Of a stretch of DNA of 63,208 bases, positions 18,566 to 27,267 are shown piece by piece. Under the pieces are notes generated by a model, which saw nothing but the letters and a program-made list of their open reading frames with translations, had not been told where the DNA came from and ran no database searches. This DNA is from a virus, in IMG/VR virus record IMGVR_UViG_3300016457_001358, positions 1 through 63,208 of that record; one strand, 5' to 3'. Every line of letters begins with the position of its first letter. Position 1 is the stretch's first letter. The translations under genes were made by a program, and so were the position numbers.

Positions 18566-20743
18566 TCAACCCAAAACAACCCAATCGGTTGAGTTGCATC
18601 CCAAAAATTGCTTTGATGATGAGTTGTAAACTATGATGCCTTCGTAAGACGATGAGCATGCTGGATATGACGAAGACGTGACATTCAGATAATAATCTGT
18701 ATTAAGATTCCCGCTCATTGTATCCCCGGTCTTCTTGACATAGTTTCCGCTCGCATCGTGGCTCGCCAAGCCGAGCAGATACTCTGCCCTGATTTCCTGC
18801 GCCGTCAGGCTTCGGTTGAATATTTTGACCTCGTCTATTGTGCCGTTGAAATAACTACTATATCCGTCCCATCCTATATGTAAGGGAGCATTATTTGCCT
18901 GAATTTGAAGATTTGGAACCGATATTGTGTTTTTCAAATCCGCATCTCGATAAAACCTGATTTCGTCATTACTATTATCTGCTACACCAACAAGATATAT
19001 CCACTGTCCAGTAGGGGTTGTTTCGTTGTCACCAACTACCCACCAGTTTCCATCTTGTTGTCGTATTTGGAATAATGCTCTACCAGGATATCCGCCCTTC
19101 AATTCCCCGTAGCCATCATTAGTCCACGAACCTTGTAATGAATAACTCTCTGAATTAGGAGATGCTCCGTTTAATTTTTTACACACAATCCCATCATTAT
19201 CGATGGCATCATTCAATTTTACCCATGCTGAAACCGTAATCCCATCAGTGATATCCAAACTCGCTGAATCGGGCACTCTCACATAATCATCCACTCCATC
19301 AAAACTCAAAGCGGTTCCAAACCGCCCAGAAACCCATTGTGGCGGGGTGTTTCCGTCGGCGTTGGTCGAGTTGGCGTCGTAAAGTGTGCCGTCGTTTCCC
19401 TCTCTTGAACTGTCGTAAGCGGTTGTTCCTGTATTTTCGTCAAACGCCCAGTAACCGACCAGACCCTCGCCGTTTGATTGAAGGGTGTTGTTGAAGCCGA
19501 GAATGGCGGAATCGAATGTCCAACTGCCCGTGATGGTCTCGCTCGCCGACTTGTCAACCAAATTTGTGGCGGCAATGCCGTCGACGGTTGACGATGAATC
19601 TAAGGTGAGGGTGTCGGCCACCTCGTCATCGGTCCAGTCAAACCCCAATGTTCCGGTGTTTGCCAGCGCTCCTTTGTCGACGGATGAACTTGAGTTAAGG
19701 GTTAAGGCGTCGGGAATGTCATCATCGGCGAGTGCCGAGCATTGAAGCGTGTCATTTACGCCTGTTACGAAATAGTGTGCGGAACAATATGCAGGGTAAT
19801 TTGTTAGTGCCGTGAAATCTACCGAACCTGTGTTATCTATAGTGAGACTATTGGAGATGTTGCCATCGTTGATCGGGTTCGTCATGTAAATATAATCTAT
19901 CCAGGCGCTGTTTATGTTCGTGAAGTTCGAATCCGACCAATCAAACACCGAGTTGGCAACTGCCGTGTCGCCGTCCACATCTATAAATGTATTCACATCT
20001 CCCTCGACATCCGACTTATCCACATCTCCCGTAAGTTTCGTTGCGCTTATCAAATTGGCTCCTGTTATATTATAATCATTCATATTCAGATTTCCGCTCA
20101 TCGTATCTCCAGAGACATCCACATAGTTATCATCCAAGAGAGCGGTCAGGTCCGACTCGGAATCAAAATATTGATCGTCCAGCGCATTGTCATCTATAAT
20201 AATATTGTTATAGGTTCCGGAAACCTCTCCGCCAAATGACGTGCCGGCGTCGAGAACCTTGTTTCCGTTTTGGTAAACATTCGTCGCATTGAGGTCCGTT
20301 ATGTTGATCAGGTTTGACAAAGCCCAGTTGAAAAGGGAGCCTGCCGAGACTGTGTCGCCGCCTTCGTCTATGAACTTATCGTTCAGGTTTGTCCCGTCGT
20401 CGTAAAAGTTCGATGCGTTGATGTTCTCCGCCACAATATCGTATCCCGTTCCGTCAAGGTTGGTTTCAAGATTTGTGGCATACAAATTGGTTGTATGAAC
20501 ATTGGTTGTGTTTACATTTGTTACATTAAAAACGTCTCTTTGCAACATGTTCAGAGAATCATTCAGGCTCATATTACCGTAAACGGTAAAACCATCCGAA
20601 TCGGTTATGTTTAGAATATTTTTGATGCCGTACCAGTTTTGTAAATCGATATCGGCCCCCGGTCTGAAATCGGTCAGAGCGTAAACTATGCTGCTCAAAG
20701 CCCACATTCCCAATAAAATAGTAAGTAGTTTTTTCACATCCAT
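18566..20743 (-). CDS. secreted LamG/ConA-like domain protein (fibre or surface adhesin)
   Basis: Signal peptide MDVKKLLTILLGMWALSSIVYA; Asn/Thr-rich repeats; LamG-type FDGVDDYVRVPDSASLDITDGITVSAWVKL and LTAQEIRAEY; many N-x-S/T sequons. Confidence 0.6.
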   Translation of the reverse strand: MDVKKLLTILLGMWALSSIVYALTDFRPGADIDLQNWYGIKNILNITDSDGFTVYGNMSLNDSLNMLQRDVFNVTNVNTTNVHTTNLYATNLETNLDGTGYDIVAENINASNFYDDGTNLNDKFIDEGGDTVSAGSLFNWALSNLINITDLNATNVYQNGNKVLDAGTSFGGEVSGTYNNIIIDDNALDDQYFDSESDLTALLDDNYVDVSGDTMSGNLNMNDYNITGANLISATKLTGDVDKSDVEGDVNTFIDVDGDTAVANSVFDWSDSNFTNINSAWIDYIYMTNPINDGNISNSLTIDNTGSVDFTALTNYPAYCSAHYFVTGVNDTLQCSALADDDIPDALTLNSSSSVDKGALANTGTLGFDWTDDEVADTLTLDSSSTVDGIAATNLVDKSASETITGSWTFDSAILGFNNTLQSNGEGLVGYWAFDENTGTTAYDSSREGNDGTLYDANSTNADGNTPPQWVSGRFGTALSFDGVDDYVRVPDSASLDITDGITVSAWVKLNDAIDNDGIVCKKLNGASPNSESYSLQGSWTNDGYGELKGGYPGRALFQIRQQDGNWWVVGDNETTPTGQWIYLVGVADNSNDEIRFYRDADLKNTISVPNLQIQANNAPLHIGWDGYSSYFNGTIDEVKIFNRSLTAQEIRAEYLLGLASHDASGNYVKKTGDTMSGNLNTDYYLNVTSSSYPACSSSYEGIIVYNSSSKQFLGCNSTDWVVLG

Positions 20744-21129
20744 AGCATCACTTCCAAATCCGAATCGTCCGCCAGCTTGCCCAAAAATGTGATGGTTGTC
20801 GGGGGACCGTGCGACACGGTATAGTCCTTGTCCTCGAGCAAAACGACCCTGTCTTTTATGACCATTACCATGGTCGAAGCGTGCGAAGTGTTGTCGCAGG
20901 TAAGCACCCTGTTTGTATCTCCGTCGCTTCCCGAGCAATCCGCTCCGGTTTTGTTTTTAACCTTGTGTGGATAAATGCCCGCTCCGCCGGAAGAAAAATC
21001 CAGCTCATCGCTTCCGCCGGGATTGTGCCTGGCGCTGTGATTTTTCAAGTCCGCAACCAGGTCATTCCAGTCAGACGATAACACAAGATTGGTGCTGTCT
21101 TTCGTATCATCAAACGCCATAGAAAACAC
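20734..21129 (-). CDS. hypothetical protein
   Basis: 131 aa ORF. Confidence 0.35.
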   Translation of the reverse strand: MFSMAFDDTKDSTNLVLSSDWNDLVADLKNHSARHNPGGSDELDFSSGGAGIYPHKVKNKTGADCSGSDGDTNRVLTCDNTSHASTMVMVIKDRVVLLEDKDYTVSHGPPTTITFLGKLADDSDLEVMLWM

Positions 21130-21213
21130 GCCCTTTACAAAGACGCAATTACGACCTTGGCACCGCCAAGCATCTGATTATTAGTTAGGATTATCGAACT
21201 TATATATTAATTA

Positions 21214-21585
21214 TTACTTGATTCGTTGCCCCCTCACTTCGAAGTGCGACCAAGTGTCTCCCGGATTCACGCCTTTCTCTTTGATGATGTCAACTATTTT
21301 GTATTCCGATCCGTTATAAACGAACCGGTTGTTGAGCTTGACATAGTCGATGTTTGCGTCGCTGGGACTGACATACAAAATCGCATCCCCTACGCTCAGC
21401 ACCCCCTCTTTCACTTCATCGCTCTCCGCATTCATGATCAGAACCAGCCCGGTAACAGTATGGCTTGTCGTCGATTCGGTTGGATGACCGTAATCATCAA
21501 AGCTTATCGAAATGTCCTTTACGGTGATCGTTTCTCCATGCTCCTCCAATATGCTGTTAATATCTTCGTTTGCCATAGAGATCAA
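21214..21585 (-). CDS. putative head-tail connector protein
   Basis: 123 aa; position between capsid and tail genes. Confidence 0.35.
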   Translation of the reverse strand: MISMANEDINSILEEHGETITVKDISISFDDYGHPTESTTSHTVTGLVLIMNAESDEVKEGVLSVGDAILYVSPSDANIDYVKLNNRFVYNGSEYKIVDIIKEKGVNPGDTWSHFEVRGQRIK

Positions 21586-22250
21586 AACGGCTTCATTATA
21601 TCGGTCACGGGCTCGCCTTTAACCATTGTGAGCGGTTTGTTTCGTATTTGGTTCACTATCTCTTTGTATTTGTCGTAGAATATTTTGAATCCTTGGGACT
21701 GCTGAGTGATTTTCAGCTTTCCTATCGAGTATTTCTGTATTTTTTTGACATCGATCTTGGTGAAGGCGTACGCGGCAGCCAGATACGCATTGGCGAGAGC
21801 AAGCAGATTGTCCGGGGTGGCAATTCTCACGGGAGAGTACACGTAAGTTACATACAATTTCGTCCCCGCGGCGGGAGCGCTCGACAGCACGAACTTGCAA
21901 TCGTCGTCATCAATCGAACTGACCGTGGCCGTTGTTTCTGTGCCGTCGGGATCCACCAAATACACGATTATATCATCCGTACCGACATCGCTATCGTCAT
22001 CCAGATCGCCGAGATAGTGTCCCTTCCAATTCTGGCAGTAAAAAGTTGTATTCGATCCGTTTATCAGGTTGCGTCTGGTATTGTCGATGTATTTGACCCG
22101 CTCCCTGACCACTTTGATTTGAATATCGTGGTTCAATTGATAAGCCGCCATGCTGATCAAAGTGTTCAAATCATCATCGGAAATATTGCTGGTTGTGAGC
22201 CCCGAGACTGCTCTAACCTGAGAAACGCTACAATAGCTAATAATGATCAC
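21582..22250 (-). CDS. putative head-tail adaptor protein
   Basis: 222 aa; position only. Confidence 0.35.
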   Translation of the reverse strand: MIIISYCSVSQVRAVSGLTTSNISDDDLNTLISMAAYQLNHDIQIKVVRERVKYIDNTRRNLINGSNTTFYCQNWKGHYLGDLDDDSDVGTDDIIVYLVDPDGTETTATVSSIDDDDCKFVLSSAPAAGTKLYVTYVYSPVRIATPDNLLALANAYLAAAYAFTKIDVKKIQKYSIGKLKITQQSQGFKIFYDKYKEIVNQIRNKPLTMVKGEPVTDIMKPF

Positions 22251-22281
22251 CTTTGCTTGGCTCGAAACATGGAGGGCTTTT

Positions 22282-22551
22282 TCACCAGAATGTTAACAGA
22301 TCCAGTTTGAGATACATCTTTTTTGACAGATTTTTTCGCCTCACAGCATTGTTATTGCACGCAGCCTCCCTTGAAAGCTCTTTGAAAAACGCCAACCCCG
22401 CTTGGATCGAAGCAACGAATACCGACACGCTTATTATCAATTTAATATCCAAACCACTCGAAACAACCGCTTCATAGCTCAACATCCCAGACAGCGTCGA
22501 AAAAAACGCCACTCCCGCGTTTCCAATCAATTTCAGCCAGTTGACGCACAT
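22282..22551 (-). CDS. small membrane protein
   Basis: 89 aa, two hydrophobic helices. Confidence 0.3.
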   Translation of the reverse strand: MCVNWLKLIGNAGVAFFSTLSGMLSYEAVVSSGLDIKLIISVSVFVASIQAGLAFFKELSREAACNNNAVRRKNLSKKMYLKLDLLTFW

Positions 22552-22557
22552 TCAGTT

Positions 22558-22962
22558 TCACCTTTTCTGAGCGTTCAAGATGTCGTTGATCAGCCCCGAT
22601 ATGCTTCGCCCGGTAACATGGAATGTTTTTTTAGCCCACCGTCTGAACTCTTTGAATCCCATCGAAGAAGCTTTGCTTTCGAGCTCTTCTTTGGTAAGCA
22701 CAGAACCGTTCTTTCGGGATGGTTCCTGCGCCGGTGAACCTTTGACCGGCTTCGGATGCTTGGTTAGGTCTATCGAGTCGATGAACTTTTGATCCACCGT
22801 TTTTCCATCTATTTTTATTCCGGGCAGAATGCCTTTGCGTCCCTCTGCCAGCACTTTGTCTTTGGCTGCGAGCCTGTCCGCGATCTTTTCCCTTACATCT
22901 TCGGGCAAATTGGCAAACCTGAACGGCTTGCCTCCCATTTTTATTCTAAAAGCCATTGACAC
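22558..22962 (-). CDS. hypothetical protein
   Basis: 134 aa basic ORF. Confidence 0.4.
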   Translation of the reverse strand: MSMAFRIKMGGKPFRFANLPEDVREKIADRLAAKDKVLAEGRKGILPGIKIDGKTVDQKFIDSIDLTKHPKPVKGSPAQEPSRKNGSVLTKEELESKASSMGFKEFRRWAKKTFHVTGRSISGLINDILNAQKR

Positions 22963-22966
22963 TCAC

Positions 22967-23167
22967 CTATGTTAAACTTACCGACTTTATGGTCCCTTCT
23001 TTGTTGATTTTGATTTTGTTATTTGTTACATCGAACCAAATCTCGCCGTCCATCGGTTTTGCAGGCGCGTTTGCGTATCTTGGTATGATCAAATGAGCGC
23101 ATTCAAACCTTCCTCCAGGACCTTTCTTTAAATCGGTATGCTTTGTCGTGTTTGCGATTTCTATCAC
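22967..23167 (-). CDS. hypothetical small protein
   Basis: 66 aa ORF. Confidence 0.3.
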   Translation of the reverse strand: MIEIANTTKHTDLKKGPGGRFECAHLIIPRYANAPAKPMDGEIWFDVTNNKIKINKEGTIKSVSLT

Positions 23168-23230
23168 CTCATGCCATCAGATATTTGGCTGGCCGAACGA
23201 AATATTTGTTTCGAATTTCGGCTTGAAGTA

Positions 23231-23581
23231 TCACTCCTGTTTGGCGTTCATGAACTCTTCTATCGCTTTCGAAATGTTGGGATTGAGCCCCCATGTTGAA
23301 GGGATTTCCTTTTCTATGCTGGATCGCAGGAACTCGTAATCGCCTTCTTCCAGCTCCAGAACCCCTGTTCGATCCGCTTTTTCGAAGGCTTTGCTGAGTC
23401 TGTTGAACAATCTGAACTTATCCAACCCTCTTGGAATCTGCTCCGGTCTTTTATTGGCTATAAGCACATTCAAAACCATGAGCAGATCCTCGTCTTGCAT
23501 CTTGAAATCTCCCGTGAACTCTCCCTTCTCATTTTTTATGGGCACCTTGCTTTTCCATCTTTCAATCTTTATTCTTCTCAT
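23231..23581 (-). CDS. hypothetical protein
   Basis: 116 aa ORF. Confidence 0.4.
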   Translation of the reverse strand: MRRIKIERWKSKVPIKNEKGEFTGDFKMQDEDLLMVLNVLIANKRPEQIPRGLDKFRLFNRLSKAFEKADRTGVLELEEGDYEFLRSSIEKEIPSTWGLNPNISKAIEEFMNAKQE

Positions 23582-23646
23582 TCTCCTTCACCGAAAATAA
23601 TGCTATTTACGGCTTCCTTTAACGAACCAAAATACAAATATTACAT

Positions 23647-24675
23647 TTATGCAACCGTTCCTACATGAATGTATCTCGTTCCGACTCCGTCGATGTTGAT
23701 CGCAATTTTATGCGTGGGCGTTAAACTTCCCGGTGTGTCGGATATGCATCCCTCGACTGCGTCGAAACTGAGCAAGTAAGTTCCGGCGCCCTCGATTCTA
23801 AGGGCAGCAGTTTGAGTTCCGCCTAACAGCACCCCGTTGGTAACATTTCCGCTGACATTAATGGCATTCGTACACGCCCCGATCTCTATTGCATCCGTAA
23901 CAGTTCCGCCAGATATCTTTATCCCGTCTGTGGCGTCTCCAGCAATGCTTATTCCGGTGGTCACCGCGCCAGAAAGACTTATACCGGTAGTGCATGCTCC
24001 GATTTCTATACCAGTATCTATGTATCTCATGTAAATACCGGTGCCTATGGATACCGAGCTCGTTCCCTCGATGTACGCGCCGTAACTGTTGGTTATGGTT
24101 CCGCTGTTATTGAGATTTGCGTGAATAAGAGCCGCCGTTGTTATCGTTCCTCCGCTGCTGACATCGATCGACGCTTCGATTCCGTACGCCGTTGTGACAG
24201 TAGCGTTTTTTGCATCGGCATTGCCGACCACTCCTTTGAGCAATCCCACAGTATAAGAGTTGTCGGTCGTGTGCCTCGCCTTGATCTCTGCTCCGATGAC
24301 GCTGTTGGTGGTGTTCGCCGAACCGTTGAAAGTTGATCGTATTTCAAGGCACGTCGCCCCTCCGCCACTCATATCGCCGGTGAGGGTGAATCGCCAGTAG
24401 TTCAATCTGCCTGGATTGGTGCTGGAGCTTGAAACATTCTCATTTATGGCCGCTCCGCATGTTCCGTCTATGTTAATAGCGGATGTGCTGTATGTTCCTC
24501 CCATATCAATGCCTATGGCGCTCGTTGTTCCCGACATATCTATTCCGCCAGTCACTCCCAACACTCCGGCGGAAACATCGCTGAATACTATATCATCTTG
24601 AATGTAAAGGTCTCCTTCCGCTTTGATATCTCGGCAAAGCAGCGTTCCGCTGTGCCAGCCAAATCGTCTTGACAT
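23647..24675 (-). CDS. Gly/Thr/Ile-rich beta-helix-like repeat protein (possible head fibre or decoration)
   Basis: Repeats TGISLSGAVTTGISIAGDATDGIKISGG; immediately downstream of putative capsid gene. Confidence 0.45.
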   Translation of the reverse strand: MSRRFGWHSGTLLCRDIKAEGDLYIQDDIVFSDVSAGVLGVTGGIDMSGTTSAIGIDMGGTYSTSAINIDGTCGAAINENVSSSSTNPGRLNYWRFTLTGDMSGGGATCLEIRSTFNGSANTTNSVIGAEIKARHTTDNSYTVGLLKGVVGNADAKNATVTTAYGIEASIDVSSGGTITTAALIHANLNNSGTITNSYGAYIEGTSSVSIGTGIYMRYIDTGIEIGACTTGISLSGAVTTGISIAGDATDGIKISGGTVTDAIEIGACTNAINVSGNVTNGVLLGGTQTAALRIEGAGTYLLSFDAVEGCISDTPGSLTPTHKIAINIDGVGTRYIHVGTVA

Positions 24676-24843
24676 TTAAATTATTCACCTCGCTCGTGAA
24701 AATTTAGGTAACAAAATAAAAATTTAGTTACCACCGCGAACCGAGTTTATCAACTGCGGTCGCGGATTAGGACTCTGGCGAGTCCCCTAACTAAATTATA
24801 GTGGAAACTAAAAAAATGCCGTTTCCAACCAAAAAATTAAATC

Positions 24844-26010
24844 TTACTCATCAGCTACTACGAGCCGGACAATTGCGTCTGGATGAACCGCCTTGGCCTC
24901 GTATGCGAGACTGAGTTTCATTCTTATTTGGTCTGCGTTAGGCCAGTCAAACACTTTGACCGTTGCTTGTCGTCCCCAAACTATCGCTCCGCACTTCTTT
25001 GCTTTTACCAGTCCGCAAATGTGACCGTTAACATCGGTGCTGACATTTGCTCCCTGTACTCTTATTACGCCCGCATTCGAAAATGCTGGAACTTTTGAGG
25101 TACAGACCACTTTAACTCCCAGGTATTGCCCTATTTCTCCATGCAATACCACTTCATCTGAACCGTATTCCGACGCATTGACGAACTGAGAATCGTCTTG
25201 CAATGCTTGTCTTTGCTCAGGCGCTATGAACAAAACAAACGGTTCGTCTGGCGTTGGTTCCCAAGCATTTTTGGTTACCGCTGATTTGGTGAATGTGTTG
25301 CTGCTCCAATAGTAACCGATATTGGAAGTCAGCAATCTGATCGCTTTCGAAATCATGCTCGTTGTCAGAATATCGCCTGCATCCAAAGAGTCGTCTGCAT
25401 TCGTTGCGTCTCCGCCGAATATTGTTTGCGCGCCGTTCACGGTATTGCTCATTGGCGTTGGTTCGGATGCGTCTTCTCCGCTCGCATCCGTTTTAAATGT
25501 TCCGAGCAATGCGTCTCTGATCGCGCTGTCGACGGAGTTTTCGTATTTGTAAGATAACTCCTCTCTACAGTATGTCACTTGATCCAGCGCATTGGTCATT
25601 ATTGCTTTGTTGGAAATTGCGACGCCGTAGTTGTAGTATGTTGGCGTGAACTGAACCGAATCGGCGGTGTCTATTTGCGTCCATGAAATCTCGCTGCCCG
25701 CCGAGTATTCTTCTGAACTCGATTCCCAGCTTGAATCAGCCAGGTATTTCTTTCTTTTAGCCATGAAGTAGTCTTTTGCTCTCTCTGCTAACTGAACCTG
25801 AGTAACCACGTCCAAGAATCTTAATCTCTCTCTCGCAGCATCAACGGCCTTTTTGGCATAAATCGCCGGAGTAAGACCGTAGATGTTGGTTCCCGCGCTA
25901 CCCTGAACGCTGGATACAGTAGTTACTGTGCTTGACAGTTCGAATGTCTTGAAGCCAAGTTTATCCATTCGCGGTACCATCGACAATTTATATGTTATTC
26001 CATTTTCCAT
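24844..26010 (-). CDS. putative major capsid protein
   Basis: 388 aa directly after scaffold-like gene in terminase-portal-scaffold order; no motif verified. Confidence 0.5.
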   Translation of the reverse strand: MENGITYKLSMVPRMDKLGFKTFELSSTVTTVSSVQGSAGTNIYGLTPAIYAKKAVDAARERLRFLDVVTQVQLAERAKDYFMAKRKKYLADSSWESSSEEYSAGSEISWTQIDTADSVQFTPTYYNYGVAISNKAIMTNALDQVTYCREELSYKYENSVDSAIRDALLGTFKTDASGEDASEPTPMSNTVNGAQTIFGGDATNADDSLDAGDILTTSMISKAIRLLTSNIGYYWSSNTFTKSAVTKNAWEPTPDEPFVLFIAPEQRQALQDDSQFVNASEYGSDEVVLHGEIGQYLGVKVVCTSKVPAFSNAGVIRVQGANVSTDVNGHICGLVKAKKCGAIVWGRQATVKVFDWPNADQIRMKLSLAYEAKAVHPDAIVRLVVADE

Positions 26011-26015
26011 TTAAA

Positions 26016-27221
26016 TCACCCGATTGGCAATCCCAAAAAGTTTTTCTGTATGAACTGAGCCATAGCTTCATCAACGTCTTCGATTTTCTCCTCGTTTAAT
26101 TCTGCCTTAACGCTGAGTCTTTCAGGCTTTGCCGACAGTTCGAATCTCTCGGCTTTCAATGCCTCGATTTCTTCTCTTAGTTCGGACAATTTTTCTTCCG
26201 CGGTCATGGATTTTTCCTTTTTCCATGCCTTGGCCGCGTCCGATATCGTCTTTCCTGGGTTCTTTTTGAGGAATTTCTTGATGAATTCGGTGTATTCGCT
26301 CAGTTCTTTTTCCTTCGCTTCCTCAAGATCCTGTTTTGAAATAGCCTTCATTTCCTGTTCGGTTAGTTTTTCAGGATAAGGATATTTCTTCTTTTTCATT
26401 TCTTCGTCTTCAGGATACGGATACTTTTTGTCTTTCTCTTTTGCCTTTTCGGTTTCAGGATAAGGATACTTTTTCTTTTTCAAAGCCTGCTCAACGGATT
26501 TCGCTATTATTTCTTCGAGCTCCTGTTTTGTCAGCGTTATTTTTTCTTCGAGGTTCTCCTCTTTTTGGTCTTTGCTTTGCTCCTCCGAAGAGCTCTGCTC
26601 TCCAGAAGATTCTGCTTTTGCTGGTTCAGCGTTTTCCGGTTCGTTTTCCGGCTGCTTATCTTCGTCTGCCATAGACTCACCTTTCACTCGTGAATCAACG
26701 GAATCAGCTACGCTGGTTCCGCTCTCATTAAGAGTATAAAACTGATTGGGGAACAAATACTTGCCATCATCCGAAGCATTGCTTCGATTGAGATAGGTGG
26801 TTTTGCATGCGGGATTGGTAACAAATGAGAAATTCTTATATACTATGTCTCTGACGCTGTTGCCAACCTGCCTTCCCACTATTTTCGGACTGATGCCCCA
26901 CTTCACGCCGACCAGCAGCGATTTCTGGGCTTTGTCGTCAACCACGTATAAATCTCCGACCAGGTTATTTTTTTCTATGCGAATGTTTTTAGCCATTCCC
27001 GCCCATTGCCACGCGGCGTCATCGTTGTGATCCCAGTAAAGATAAGTGTTCGTTTCATCGTCCCAATCGGTATTTATGTACCCTTGTTTGATGGTTTCGC
27101 TGTCATAGTAAAGGTTGTTCCAGATACCAGGGCTCATCAGTTTGCAGTCTTTGATAACCAATGTTTTCACACCATTTATATTTTTGAATTCAAATCTGGT
27201 ATTTTTGATGTTAGAATTCAT
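26016..27221 (-). CDS. putative scaffolding protein
   Basis: Acidic coiled-coil C-half with three KKYPYPE repeats; between large virion protein and capsid gene. Confidence 0.5.
   Translation of the reverse strand: MNSNIKNTRFEFKNINGVKTLVIKDCKLMSPGIWNNLYYDSETIKQGYINTDWDDETNTYLYWDHNDDAAWQWAGMAKNIRIEKNNLVGDLYVVDDKAQKSLLVGVKWGISPKIVGRQVGNSVRDIVYKNFSFVTNPACKTTYLNRSNASDDGKYLFPNQFYTLNESGTSVADSVDSRVKGESMADEDKQPENEPENAEPAKAESSGEQSSSEEQSKDQKEENLEEKITLTKQELEEIIAKSVEQALKKKKYPYPETEKAKEKDKKYPYPEDEEMKKKKYPYPEKLTEQEMKAISKQDLEEAKEKELSEYTEFIKKFLKKNPGKTISDAAKAWKKEKSMTAEEKLSELREEIEALKAERFELSAKPERLSVKAELNEEKIEDVDEAMAQFIQKNFLGLPIG
26370..26481. repeat. three ~27-nt tandem units inside the scaffold gene
   Basis: tcaggataaggatatttcttctttttc-like unit x3. 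Confidence 0.7.
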
Positions 27222-27267
27222 AATTTAGTTATTGGATTATCGAACTTATATATTAATTATTATGCTT

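Noticed and set aside
18566-20938. N-terminal 65 aa extension of the LamG protein
   Set aside because: The extension is Arg/Gly-rich and precedes a textbook signal peptide starting at an internal ATG (20743).
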